From positions 27,655,811 through 27,719,810 of the forward strand of contig NC_081381.1 in NCBI RefSeq assembly GCF_030684315.1: 64,000 nucleotides of DNA, read 5' to 3'. Made by a program: the position numbers and the translations under genes. The stretch comes from Stegostoma tigrinum. Taxonomy: Eukaryota. The notes below the pieces were generated by a model. That model had not been told where the DNA came from and did not search any database. It was given only the letters and a program-made list of their open reading frames with translations. Positions 49,976-62,644 of this stretch are shown here, piece by piece; position 1 is the first letter of the stretch, and every line of letters starts with the position of its first letter.

Positions 49976-51140
49976 TTTCAGTAGGTTGGATGCAACTGCT
50001 GTCTCTCATCCCTGGCTAGTCCCATGATATGCAGTCCCATGTTTTCCACATTGACGGGTAACAGTTTCATTATTCAGGATCCAGACTTGATCTCTAGCCC
50101 CAGACAATACAAAAGCTGATGGAGTTCAAATTTGAACATTTTGAACAGGATCCTGTTTCTGCTCAGGGTGGGGCACAGAATCCACGCACCCATCTGGAAT
50201 AACTTATGCAGCTGGAAGTAAATGAGGTAAAGATGCTGTTTGGGATGCATCAGAAGAAAATAATTCACCTAAACACAGGGGCATCACTATTCCTGCTAAC
50301 CAACATCAAAAGAGTATTACTTAGAAGCTAAGATTTGTTCAGCTTGTGTAATCCTGTTGTCTTTAGACCAACTATACAATACTGAAGTATTTTGCTGCAC
50401 TGCAGGTCTCTGATATATTGCAGTGTCACTGGTTGGAAGTACCTGAGAGCAAAGTGTGGTGCTTTCCTCTGTCTTTATTGGCCATTTGTTTGGCACATGC
50501 CCAATGGGAGACTATCTGAAATGAGGAGGAAGTTGTGGGAAGTAGCTGGCTCCCCTACTTTCCTGTTCTTCACTAGGGCCTAGAAAGCAAGTATTGATAG
50601 AACATTCACATATAGAACACATCCCAATAGAATAGCACATCTTGTTCAGGCTCAATTTCTAGCTCAGCCCAGCTCTGCTGGGGCCACAGCTGATTTTAGA
50701 TTCTATTGCATGGGATTGGTTGATGTTAGAATCAAAAACAAAGTTGCTGGAGAAGCTCAGCAGGTCTGGCAGCATCTGTGAAGGAAAAAACAGAGTTAAT
50801 GTTTCAGATCCGGTGACCTTTCCCCACTGTACCTGAAACATTAACTCTGTTTATTCCTTCACAGATGCTGCCAGACCTGCTGAGCTTTTCCAACAACTTT
50901 GTTTTTGTTCCTGATTTACAGCTGTTTCAGTTTTAACTGGATGTATGTTTATTGATTTGTTTGTGCAGTGGGGTCATGGATAGAGGAATGAATGGGTTTT
51001 TCTCTTAAGCATTTTTCACATTCATTCACGGGATGTGGGCATCGCTGGCTGGGCCCCATTTATTACTCATCCGTAGTTGCCCTTGAGGAGCTGTGGTGAG
51101 TGTGGTGAGCTGTCCTCTTGAACCAGTGTATTCCATGTGC

Positions 51141-52778
51141 TATAGAATCATCGGATGGGTAGGCGTGAGATGTGATGTGAAAAAGATAAAGACGGAAGAA
51201 GGAAATGTGGATCTATATAGTGGGAGAAACATTTGAAAAATGGTATAAGCATTGAGGGAGAAAAGGATAAAGGAAAGAGGGAGACAGAAAAGGGGAGGAA
51301 GGAATGGAGAGAAACAGAGACAGTGGGAAGATTAAGGGGACAGTGTTAGAAAGCAGGGTGACATTGGAGAAATAGAGAAATGACAGAAAAGGGAACAGAA
51401 TCAGGGGAGATGGAGAAACAAAGAATACTAAAGGGAGATGGAGAGAGAAATGGAAAAGAGGAAAGGAGAGCAGGAGAATGCCATCCACAATGGCATTGCA
51501 GGGACGTTTTGAGGATTTTGGCCCAGTGACACCGAAGAAACAGCGACATATTTTCGAATCATGCTGGTGAGTGTTTTGGAGAAGAATTTTCAGGTGGTGG
51601 TATTCCCATGTATCTGTTGTCTTTGTCCTTCCAGGTGGGAGTGTCTGTGACTTTGGAAGGTGCTGAATTTCTACAGTACCTCTTGTAAATGGTACATACT
51701 GCTGGCTGAGGGCCAGTGATGGAGGGAGTGGATGTTTGTGGGTGTGGAGCCAATCAAGTGGACCACTACTTCTGGATGGTGTCAAGCCGCTCGAATGTTG
51801 TCAGACCTATTTCTATCCAGACAGGTGACTCCAGCCACTGCTTACCGTGCCTTGGAGATAGTGGACAGGCTTTTGGGAGTCAGGAGGTGGCTCACTCACA
51901 GGATTCCTAGGCTCTGACCTGCTTTTGTCGCCACAATATTTATGTGGCTAGTCCGGTTCAGATTCTGTTTAATGGCAACCAACATTCTCTCTAAGCCTGT
52001 GCTAACATAGGGCTGTGCAATCACTGGGGAATCCAATGCATGTTAATTGCCATGCTGCTACTGGCTTTCTACTCTGGAAGTCCCTGCTGCATACAGACTT
52101 CAGCAATCCATGCAGAAGGAAGCAAAATTGGGGGGATCATTAATGGTAACCCCCATGTTGCTGGGGCCGGGGGTGAGGGGGGTGTTGCTGAGGTAATTAA
52201 CAATGGTAATATTATTGAATGGCAAGAGGTGGGATTCTCTGACCTTTGAGATGATCATTGCTGGCACATGCCTTATGCTAATGTTACTTGCCACTTGTCA
52301 GAGCAAAATTGAATATTGTTTACCTCCCCACTGCCTATGTCTTTCCTGTCCACATTTATTTCCGTGTTCTCTCATTTCCTTTCTCAACTCGCTCATAACT
52401 CCCTCATCTTGGCTTTTCATCTTCTTCCCTTTGACTTTCATTCTACTGCTCTCCTTTCCTCTTTTCCATTTCTCTCTCCATCTCCCTTTAGTATTCTTTG
52501 TTTCTCCATCTCCCCTGATTCTGTTCCCATTTCTGTCATTTCTCTATTTCTCCAATGTCGCCCTGCTTTCTAACACTGTCCCTTTAATCTTCCCACTGTC
52601 TCTGTTTCTCTCCATTCCTTCCTCCCCTTTTCTCTCTCCCTCTTTCCTTTATCCTTTTCTCCCTCAATGCTTATACCATTTTTCAAATGTTCCTCCCACT
52701 ATATAGATCCACATTTCCTTCTTCCGTCTTTATCTTTTTCACATCACATCTCACGCCTACCCATCCGATGATTCTATA
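51141..52778. repeat. 340-bp inverted repeat pair (51141-51480 / 52439-52778)
   Basis: Arms are reverse complements with about 6 mismatches counted by eye. Confidence 0.95.
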
Positions 52779-52786
52779 TACAGCCA

Positions 52787-53095
52787 CTGCGCGGGGACTC
52801 AGTGGTTAGCTCTACTGCCTCACAATGCCAGGAACCTGGGTTCGATTCCAGCTTCAGGTAATTGTCTGTGTGGAGTTTGCACATATGTCCCTCTGTCTAC
52901 ATGGGTTTCCTCCCACAGTTCAAAGATGTGCAGGTGAGGTGGATGGGCCATGCAAAATTGCCCCTAGATTAGCCATCAGAAATGCAGGGTTACAGGGACA
53001 GATTAGGGAAGGGTGGATCTGGATGGGATGCTCTTCAGAGGGTCAGCGTAGACCTGATGGTCTGAATGGCCTGCTTACAAACAGTTAGGATTCTA
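52787..53095 (+). mobile_element. HE1-type V-SINE
   Basis: actcagtggttagc...ggttcgattccagc head plus V-domain. Confidence 0.85.
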
Positions 53096-53649
53096 GGGTT
53101 CTCCACCCACCCTCAGTTGCTTCCCTCTCTGTTTATGTCTTCCTCATCTAGCATAGTTCACTTTGGCTCTCCTTCCCTACCTCTTTTCAGCATGTTCCTT
53201 CCTTCTTCCTTTATCTCTCCACTGCCTCATTCATCCTCTTTCCTGGCATCTATTAACAGCTACACTCCCCTGCTTTTCCTTCTTCAGCCTGACTCTCACC
53301 CCAACTGCCTTTTCCCTGCACCCTCTCTTTTCCTGCCTTTCTTCACCTCCTCATTTATTCATTTCCTTTCACTGTCATACCATCCCCTCTCTTTCATTTC
53401 CCTCTCTCTCTTTCAGTATATTCATTGAGATGTTCAGTAAAGGAAGCAGTACATGTTGTGGCTTAGTGAATGAAAAACCCACTGGGGCCAGGCTTGGTGG
53501 CAATGGGTGTGACCAAGTGACTGACTTTTGGAGAGATGCAGAAAACCAGAAAGAGGGTACTTTTCCTGATAGTAATGCACTAGGCTACGTTCCCCATTAA
53601 CTAAATCCTATTTGTTTCTTACTCTTTTCTAGCAATTTTCTCCCTACAT

Positions 53650-53965
53650 CACAGAATCAAAGAATCCCTTGAGTGTGGAAACTGGCCATTTAGTCCATCA
53701 AGTTCACACTGACCTTCTGAAGAGCATCCCATTCAGATCCAACCCTATCCTGTTAACTCTGCATTTCCAATGACCTGAGTGTGAGGAAGGGACCCAAAAC
53801 GTTTTCTCCTTCACAGATGCTGACAGATCTGCTGAGCTTTTCCAGCATCCTTGTTTTTGTTTGCCATGACCAATCTGCCTAACCTACACACCTTTGGGCT
53901 GTGGGAGGATACCAGAGCATCTGGAAGAAATGCGTATATATAAATTCCACAAAGACAATCTCGTG
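53650..53965 (-). mobile_element. HE1-type V-SINE fragment interrupted by a Penelope-type terminal repeat piece
   Basis: SINE tail and V-domain in reverse, with cacagatgctgacagatctgctgagc insert at ~53780-53860. Confidence 0.65.
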
Positions 53966-55592
53966 CGAGTGTTTATGTTAATGTTGTAATTCTTGAGAAT
54001 GTCATCTCTCATTTTATCTTCAGGAGTTGTCTTATTTTGATTGTTGACAGCCAGTCAATATTGCAATATATGTTCCTTTCTAACATCCTAGGTACTCTCG
54101 CAGTGGGGGGCAGAGAACCCAGGGATAATCACAAGTCCCTCCCATATTATAAACTAATGGGGCTTACTTTTTATTCTCTATTACTCTTTTAGCTCCTTGT
54201 CCATGTGCGAATCAAGCTGTGTCATAATGACATCAGATCAAATGAAACTGGAGCCTGGGTCTGTATGGCTTCGAATAAAATGAACTCGCTTACGATCTCC
54301 TGTGGTTATTAAGTCTCTTACTGCTCACTCACAAGACCGTAGATCTGGCATCAATATATGGTGGCAATGGTCACTAGACCCACAGAGCAGGAGTTAAATA
54401 GACACAAGAGACTAAAGTGAAACCCAGTGATAATATAATGAGAAGGGGAAAACTCCAAGGCTAGCTCCAATCCAAACTGGGAGGTTGGGGAAATGCACAA
54501 GATGAAGCTCAATGGTGGTATGGCTGGCAAGTGATGGATTCAACGCATATCCAGGCACCAGACTGACGCAGGTGCTGAAGAATGAGCAGGAGAAGGCAAC
54601 TCTGCAGAGTATGTGGTAAGCAGAGTACAGCAGACCATCCACCTGACTGAAAACAGCAGGAAAATTAAACACAAAAGAGGACCAGAAGATATCCTGGACA
54701 GTGGTGTTCACTCTGCATTTAGTTACAGAGAAGGAAAGCACCATTCAAGTCATTAACTTACTTGAATCTGAAACTTCTGATCTTCCTGAATTCAGGTGGT
54801 ACTGCTCCTGAAACTCAACTGTCTTTTATCGGTCCTTACTTGAAAAATATACATACTAAGCAAAGTTGTCTTCTTATTGCACAGTCAGAGATGCAGCAAC
54901 CACAAAAGCTTGTGGTGAACAGTATGTTTCTATTACATTCATCCCTAGATTGAGACTAAAGCAAATAGTAAAGAGAGTGAGATTTTGATTTCCTCGACTT
55001 TCTTTTGAAGACATTGCCATTTGAGTGCTGAAATCTTCTGCTTTGGATAATTTCCTCCTCACTTGCTCTTCACTGCTACTGCATTTAAATCTTTGTACGT
55101 GTCAATGCCCAAAGCCTAGCCATTAGTCAAACACTTTCATCTCAATCCATCAATGTGTTGGCCATTCAAGGAGAAGATAAGAAAGCTCATTTGTCCTACG
55201 TACCCTTCCAATGGACAGTGCTATTTGAGATTAGTGCTTTTAGCAAAAGAGATTTATGGCAGGGACGGGATGTGGAATAAAACACCTAAGTGCCCATCAA
55301 TAAATGTTAACGTTAAAATACTGTAAATGAGCTTTGAGGGGAGACAAAGAGTAAAAGGATTATTTTTCCCTTTAAGCATGGCCACTGAAGTATGTGTGGA
55401 AGCATCTATGTCATTGTGATGGATCACACAGAAATGGAACTAGGGTCTGTAATGCAGACATCCTTTCTTGCTATCTTCTCTGTGTCGGTATGTATGTTCA
55501 ACAAAATCTATTGTTATAAACTCGCAACAATGTTGATCTCACATTACTCAGATCTCACATTACTCTCATCTCACGTTACGTGCAACAGTTAG

Positions 55593-55805
55593 CTAGCCAG
55601 ATTCTGGCCCCTCCCACATTGCTACAGCCAGACCCTGGCCCCTCCCACATTGGCACAGCCAGACCCTGGGTCCCCCCGCATTGGCACAGTCAGAGCCCAG
55701 CCCCCCTCACACTGGAAGTCATACCCCAGGTCTTTCCACACTGGCACAGTCAGATTCTGACTCCTCCTACAGTGTAGCAGCGATGCCAGGCCCTCTCACA
55801 CCGGG
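55593..55805 (+). repeat. ~31-bp tandem repeat, ~7 degenerate copies
   Basis: Unit CAGCCAGACCCTGGCCCCTCCCACATTGGCA. Confidence 0.85.
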
Positions 55806-56739
55806 TGAAACAGGTCCAGATCTTACCACAAATAAGAAAGTGGTTCAGCATTGGGAGGGTGAGCGTGGATGGTAGAGGGAGGCTGAAATGGAGAATAGAG
55901 AGAGAGAATAATCTAGTCCTCAAATAACCGATGGGGAGATTTCAAAAATAAGTCAGCAAATACTTATTACAAACCCATACCCTCCAGTAAAAAAATAGAA
56001 GCAAATAGAATGTTATCCTTTAGCCCGAAGGGATAAAATACAGATATTTGAGAGATTGTCTTTCAGCTGTGCAAAACTCTTGGTCAGGCCCCTGGTGAAG
56101 GACTAGACGCTGCAGCTGAGGAATGATGTAATAGCTTTGGATGAGATGTAGCATAGATTCGCTAGAATGATGGCAGAGCGAAAAGGATTAAATATTAAGG
56201 CTGGTTGCATAAACTAGGCATATGTTTTCTTTTAAATCTTAAAGGGGTAAACCTATAACAATTAAAGGAGCTGATAGACTTAAAATTGGAGCTATTCCAG
56301 GGTTATATCTGGACGCTGTTCAAGTATTGGAAATGTGGAACTCTTCCTCTAAAACACTTGAGACTAGGGATCATTGCAAATGTCAAAACTGAAATTGATT
56401 TTTGTTGGTTTAGGGTATTTAAGAATTACATAACCTTGGTGGATAGGTGGACTTAAGGTATGATCTATGATTGAATGGCTCGAGGGGCTGAATGGCCTCC
56501 TCCTGTTCGTGTGGTCCACCCTCAAATATGTGGGTTATTATTAATCGCAGTCATTATCCTGCGGGCACAGAATGATAATCATCCATGGCCTCCTGTGAAT
56601 TAATTGATAGCGAATATTTCGACTCTCTGTGATTGTGCTGTGATACCAAGAGTGTTGCACTTACTGTGCTGTTTGCTCACTCCCCTTCAGCATATCTCTC
56701 AGCCCATTACCCCAACACCAAGCTCTTGCATGAACCGCT

Positions 56740-56960
56740 GCCTGAGTTGTCCTCGCCTTGTAGAATGCGCTGAATCTTCACGTTCCTGAGCCGCAATAAA
56801 TAAAATCAATACTAATGAGGGCGAAAATTTAAACCCTCCCCTATTCCTCCTTAACTATAAAGTAGCCATTTTTTAAGATGAATTGTTAAAGATGAAGAAA
56901 GCCTTTGTCTGAGTCAGTGCCGCAGTGGCCAGTGCTTTTCTGTGTGCCACCCGCAGCCAT
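56740..56960 (+). promoter_or_regulatory. Candidate promoter for the 57185 exon
   Basis: Mild CpG enrichment, TATAAA at 56856-56861, AP-1 site TGAGTCA at 56910-56916, unique sequence. Confidence 0.35.
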
Positions 56961-57184
56961 CCCACAGTCCCAGACTTTCAGTAGATGAATACAGCTCTCT
57001 GTGCAAGTGAGGAAGACTTCAGGTCATAGATTGTGCCTCCTGCGTTGGCCCCTGCAGTGGGACAGTGGAACTGTGCAACAATAAGCCAGCGTTGTCAGGG
57101 AGCACTGAGCTGTTATTTTCTGTCTGTTGGAGCCGAGGGGTATTTGGGAATGCTATTTGAGAATTGTTTCAGAATCCAACCGAA

Positions 57185-57314
57185 ATGTTTCTTTATTGGA
57201 AGAAACGTGGAGCGTATGAACTGGAGAGCTTGCCACCATTGGAGCAATACAGCCCCATCGCAGAGAGATATGTCTGGTCATCCACACTGGATATTCTGGA
57301 GGAGTGGGAGGATG
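57185..57314 (+). CDS. PLEKHG5: Probable N-terminal coding exon of a PLEKHG5 (RhoGEF) long isoform
   Basis: gaaATG, MFLYWKKRGAYELESLPPLEQYSPIAERYVWSSTLDILEEWED, donor G|gtagga (phase 1). Matches my recollection of the MFLYWKKRGAYELE N-terminus of vertebrate PLEKHG5 isoforms, and PLEKHG5 lies downstream of and co-directional with NOL9 in human. Not database-verified. Confidence 0.7.
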
Positions 57315-58981
57315 GTAGGAGAGTTATGCTATAGGGCAATCTGTAGCATAGGGAAACTGAGTGGGGGGAATATATAATGGGTTGAGGCAGCTGATGGTTT
57401 CACTTCACCTGTGAGTAAATTTATCGCCGTGCTCATGAGTGAACCTCAGTCTTACTGGGAGCATGTTCCTCATTCTAGGTGGTGATATATAAGTAGTGAT
57501 CAAACTGATGGCGAGAACGTGAAAGTAACTACTAGCTTTTTGATTTAATTTGATTTTGATTTGATTTATTGTCAGATTGTGAATACCACTGATGTTGAGT
57601 TTAGCTCAAAAGTTGCAAATTGAGCAAGGTATGGTGGATTTTTGAAGTAAAAATGGTTAAAGTCAGTGTCTCTGTGATACTGTATCTAAATCACCATACA
57701 TGGGTCAGGCCGGGTGTCAGAACCCATGCTGGCTAGTCTGTGTTATTACTGGGATTTCAAAATCCAACTGTTACATTGAACAGTGATCTTATTTCTGGTG
57801 CTAGGTGAGTGCAAATATCATTCACCTGTGTTTTGAGCTACAGCCTCAAGAAGGGATTTTTCCAGAAATTAAAACAGAGTGTTTAAGTGCCAGGAAAATT
57901 GTGAAGAACCAATAGTGAAATGTATAAACAAATTATAGATAATGTTGTCCAAATCCCCTTGCTGCAATTACACTCAGCAACAGGAAGATATACACCCATT
58001 GCCAATCATTGCAATTGCCAGATTAGGAATCTGAGCCTCACATTCCATCTTTACTGAGAGTATGTCAGTCATTTGTTTGTCATCATTTGAGTCAAATTCT
58101 TGCAGCTTTCCATGTGACAAAATTGTGGAAGTACCTTCACCAGTCAGACCACTGTGGTTCAAGAAAACCCACTCAATGGTAACCAGGAATGAAGAATAAA
58201 TGTTGTTCTTGACATGCCATTCATATCCCATCAAATAATTTTCAAAAAATGAGTTACAAATCAGCATCTGCAGACATTACAGCCCACGTTAGCAATCTGA
58301 TGGCTACAATTTCTAATTAGCTTGTGTTCACATGTTTGTGGAAGAAACTAAGGCGTTCAATTCAAATGCAAGAAATTTTGAAATTTGTTGAAGTATAATT
58401 TTCATTGGCATCTTTTTCTTTGTAACGTTTTGGATGATTTGATAAATGTTTGCTCTTTTGAAGAAATTGTTTAAGTCAGACCTTCAGTGAATAGATATAT
58501 AGATGGTGATCAAACTGATGGTGAGAAAGTGAAAGTGCTAACTTTTTGATTGAATTTGATTTGATTTGATTTATTATTGTCAGATTGTGAGTATTATTGA
58601 TGTTGAGTTCAGATCAAAAGTTGCAAGTAATTATTTCCTATGAATTACATTAATAATTAACCAGTATGTTCCATTACTGATACTTTTCCCTTGTTTAACT
58701 AATTTTCTGAGCAAAGTAAGAAAAGTTCAGGATTACATCATTTCCAGAAATGATGAATTTGATAAGAAAACAAGTGATTAAATTGATCACTGAAATAGGC
58801 TAATGCACCATATGACTTTACTTGGGAATCTGAACAAGAGAAAATATTTTCTGAAGGCTGATCTTAGCTCGGGCGGGAGTGTGAAACATGAAAAGACATC
58901 AAGAAATAATGAAGAAACCAAATGTACACATTGGCTTAGATCTAATCAATTGCCTTGGTCAGCGTGTAGTCTGTTAATTGC

Positions 58982-60770
58982 TGAGTAACTGCCTACGGTG
59001 TGTAACTGCCCATCATGAGTAACTGCCTGTGGTGAGTAACTGTCCATGGTGAGTAACTGCCCGTGGTGAGTAACTGCCCATGGTGAGTAACTGCCCGTGG
59101 TGAGTAACTGCCTGTGGTGAGTAACTGCCCGTGGTGAGTAACTGCCTATGGTGAGTGACTGCCCATGGTGAGTAACTGTCCGTGGTGAGTAACTGCCCAT
59201 GGTGAGTAAGTGCCCGTGGTGAGTAACTGCCTGTGGTGTGTAACTGCCCGTGGTGAGTAACTGCCCATGGTGAGTAACTGCCCGTGGTGAGTAACTGCCT
59301 GTGGTGTGTAACTGCCCGTGGTGAGTAACTGCCTGTGGTGTGTAACTGCCCATCGTGAGTAACTGCCAGTGGTGAGTAACTGCCCGTGGTGAGTAACTGC
59401 CTATGGTGAGTGACTGCCCATGGTGAGTAACTGCCCGTGGTGAGTAACTGCCAGTGGTGAGTAACTGCCCGTGGTGAGTAACTTCCCATAGTGAGTAACT
59501 GTCCGTGGTGAGCAACTCCCTGTGGTGTGTAACTGCTCGTGGTGAGTAACTGCCCACGGTGAGTAACTGCCCATGGTGAACAACTGCCCATTGTGGGTAA
59601 CTGCCTGTGGTGAGTAACTACCCATGGTGAGTAACTCCCCATGGTGAGTAACTGCCCACGGTGAGTAACTGCTCATGGTGTGTAACTGCCCATCGCGAGT
59701 AACTGCCTGTGGTGAGTAGGTGTGCGTGGTGAGTAACTGCCCGTGGTGGGTAACTGCCCGTGGTGAGTAACTGCCTGTGGTGAGTGACTGCCCATCGTGA
59801 GTAACTGTCCGTGGTGAGTAACTGCCTGTGGTGAGTAACTACCAGTGGTGAGTAACTGCCCGTGGTGAGTAACTGCCCGTGGTGAGTGACTGCCCATGGT
59901 GAGTAACTGCCCGTGGTGAGTAACTGCCCGTGGTGAGTAACTGCCAGTGGTGAGTAACTGCCAGTGGTGAGTAACTGCCTGTGGTGTGTAACTGCCTATG
60001 GTGAGTGACTGCCCGTGGTGAGTAACTGCCTGTGGTGAGTAACTGCCTATGGTGAGTGACTGCCCATGATGAGAAACTGTCCGTGGTGAGTAACTGCCCG
60101 TGGCGAGTAACTGCCAGTGGTGAGTAACTGCCCGTGGTGAGTAACTGCCAGTGGTGAGTAACTGCCTGTGGTGAGTAACTGCCTATGGTGAGTGACTGCC
60201 CATGATGAGAAACTGTCCGTGGTGAGTAACTGCCCGTGGCGAGTAACTGCCCGTGGCGAGTAACTGCCAGTGGTGAGTAACTGTCCGTGGTGAGTAACTG
60301 CCCGTGGTGAGTAACTGCCCGTGGTGTGTAACTGCTCGTGGTGAGTAACTGCCCACGGTGAGTTACTGCCCATGGTGAGCAACTGCCCGTGGTGAGTAAC
60401 TGCCCATGGTGAGCAACTGCCCGTGGTGAGTAACTGCCCATGGTGAGTAACTGCCCATGGTGAGTAACTGCCCATAGTGAGTAACTACCCACGGTGAGTA
60501 ACTGCTCATGGTGTGTAACTGCCCACCGCGAGTAACTGCCTGTGGTGAGTAGGTGTGCGTGGTGAGTAACTGCCCGTGGTGGGTAACTGCCCGTGGTGGG
60601 TAACTGCCCGTGGTGGGTAACTGCCCGTGATATGTAGCTGCCCGTGATATGTTGCTGCCCATGGTGAGTAACTGCCCATGGTGAGTAACTGCCCGTGGTG
60701 AGTAACTGCCCGTGGTGGGTAACTGCCCGTGATATGTAGCTGCCCATGGTGAGTAACTGCCCATGGTGAG
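58982..60770 (+). repeat. 17-bp minisatellite, ~105 copies, consensus GGTGAGTAACTGCCCGT
   Basis: Directly visible tandem array; explains the long repetitive ORFs on the - strand. Confidence 0.98.
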
Positions 60771-62644
60771 CCGATCATTTTAAATTAGTAGGTTGTGAAC
60801 ACTCTATTAATTCACAGAATAAACTTCTCTGCTCGATAGCTCGGCATATGAAAGGGTTAACTATCCAGCTTAGGCGAGTTGGAGGAACAACAATGAGCAG
60901 CGTTTTCCTCTCAAATACATCAACTCCTCCTGCACTTTGTGATATTCAGCCACCTCCAATACAATAGATGAATGGATTCTGTGTCCTCACAGCTGTGGCC
61001 TGTGATTCAGAGGCTCCTGCTGTTGGCTGAGCTCTGGGTATTTATAATAGAAACAACTTTAAGTAAAGCAGTGGATACCACGTCATTGACAGCTATTTAA
61101 CTATGCCTCCATTGGAACTGAGTCAAAAGGACCTAGTGCCATTTGGGCCATATAGTGAGGATGGGATCAAAGATTGGTGTGTAGGGAGGAGATGAGGGTC
61201 AGAGGATGGGATTAGGAGCTGAGGTGGGCGTTAGAGAGTGAGAGTAGGGCCCAAACTGGGATAGGAAGGTGGGACACTGGAATGCTGTCATATCTTTACC
61301 TCTGGTCACTCTCAGCTTTAGTGAGCCCTACATAGAGAGCACAGTTGTGCAGTTTTGACACTTTGCTTGAGCTGACTTGAATTGCCACCTGTGTGTTTTG
61401 GTCCCGCTATGGTTTGTTCCCACTGGAAAAGATAGAGTGCTATTGAGCTGAAGCAATTCACTCTCCCATGAGCTGGTTCTCCTTCCCTTGCATTGATTAA
61501 GGACCTGTCGCTCTTCTACCACCACAGTCAGTCACTGTCCTCCACATAACCAGGGACAGGCCACTCCTTGCCTACAGGTCATTCTGTTCCTGGGACAAGT
61601 TTTGTTTTTGCCTTGCTGAAGATCCTGTCCTCTCCAGGTCTATGACTTTGTGTCACACTCCATCTATCCAGTGGCCTCTTGTTCATGATGGGAAACAATA
61701 CTTCGGGATGAACTGAGTTGCTTAGAGTGATTGGACTGTATGGATGTGCTGTTATGGGATGGGTTGTGAATACTACGGATTCTCAGTGTGATTCCATGAA
61801 ACTAGTACCAAACACAGAAGGTTTTCAATTGTCACCACTGCTAAATGATCAGGAGGAACTCTGGGATTGTTGCTGTCCCTAGTCCCAATTGATGTTCCTC
61901 TCCTTAATTGCACATTTGTATGCTTGTCATTACAGAGTTTGCTGAATATTTATGTAATAGTTTCTTTGAATTTAATTGTGATTTCAACTGTTCCAAGCAG
62001 ACAGTGAGAGACTGTACTCACTGATGAGAAATAAACTGCATAAATACGTTCGTCAAGGCACCTGACGTCAGCAGGTCCTGACCTTCGCCTCCTCAGGCTG
62101 TGGTCCTGGCTGTAATATTTCTGCTAACCAAAGCATTTTACATTGATATTTCTCTCTGCTTATTCCTGTGAAGCAGAGGATGAGAACTGCACCCTGCATT
62201 ATTCCCCCTTACCCTCTCCTTTTAAGTCTGTCCTTTCTGTTCTGCATGACCTTTAACCTCGGTCTGGTTCATACCCAAGGCCTGGATACTGAACTTTCAG
62301 CAGCAGGACGTAAATGTGCTGTTACAGTGACCTCTCGAGGCTTCTGTTGGGGGTTTCTTCCTCTGGTTGACCCCTGGTCATTTCCAGTCGGTGGTAACTG
62401 AAAAGTCTCTATTGTGGTTTGGTGATGAGAATTTCTGATGTAACATTCAGCCACTCCACAGGGACATCTGCTCCTCAGGAAACTTTCTCACCACCTCCCA
62501 CTCAGCCAAATCTGAAGAGGATTTCCCATGGAACAAGAAGGAAGAGGAGATTTGGCCTTGGCTGGGCCTCTGCTCAACAACAAATGCATTTATATAGTGC
62601 TTTTATAGTAGGAAGTTGTCTGAAGCAGCTTCAGAAGGAGCGTT

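Noticed and set aside
58982-60770. CRISPR array or repetitive protein gene (ORFs of 200-300 aa on -)
   Set aside because: No unique spacers and the context is eukaryotic; the ORFs arise because the 17-bp unit lacks stops on the - strand.
62170-62400. Next PLEKHG5 coding exon
   Set aside because: Acceptor-like sequence present, but the translation shows no recognisable PLEKHG5 similarity.
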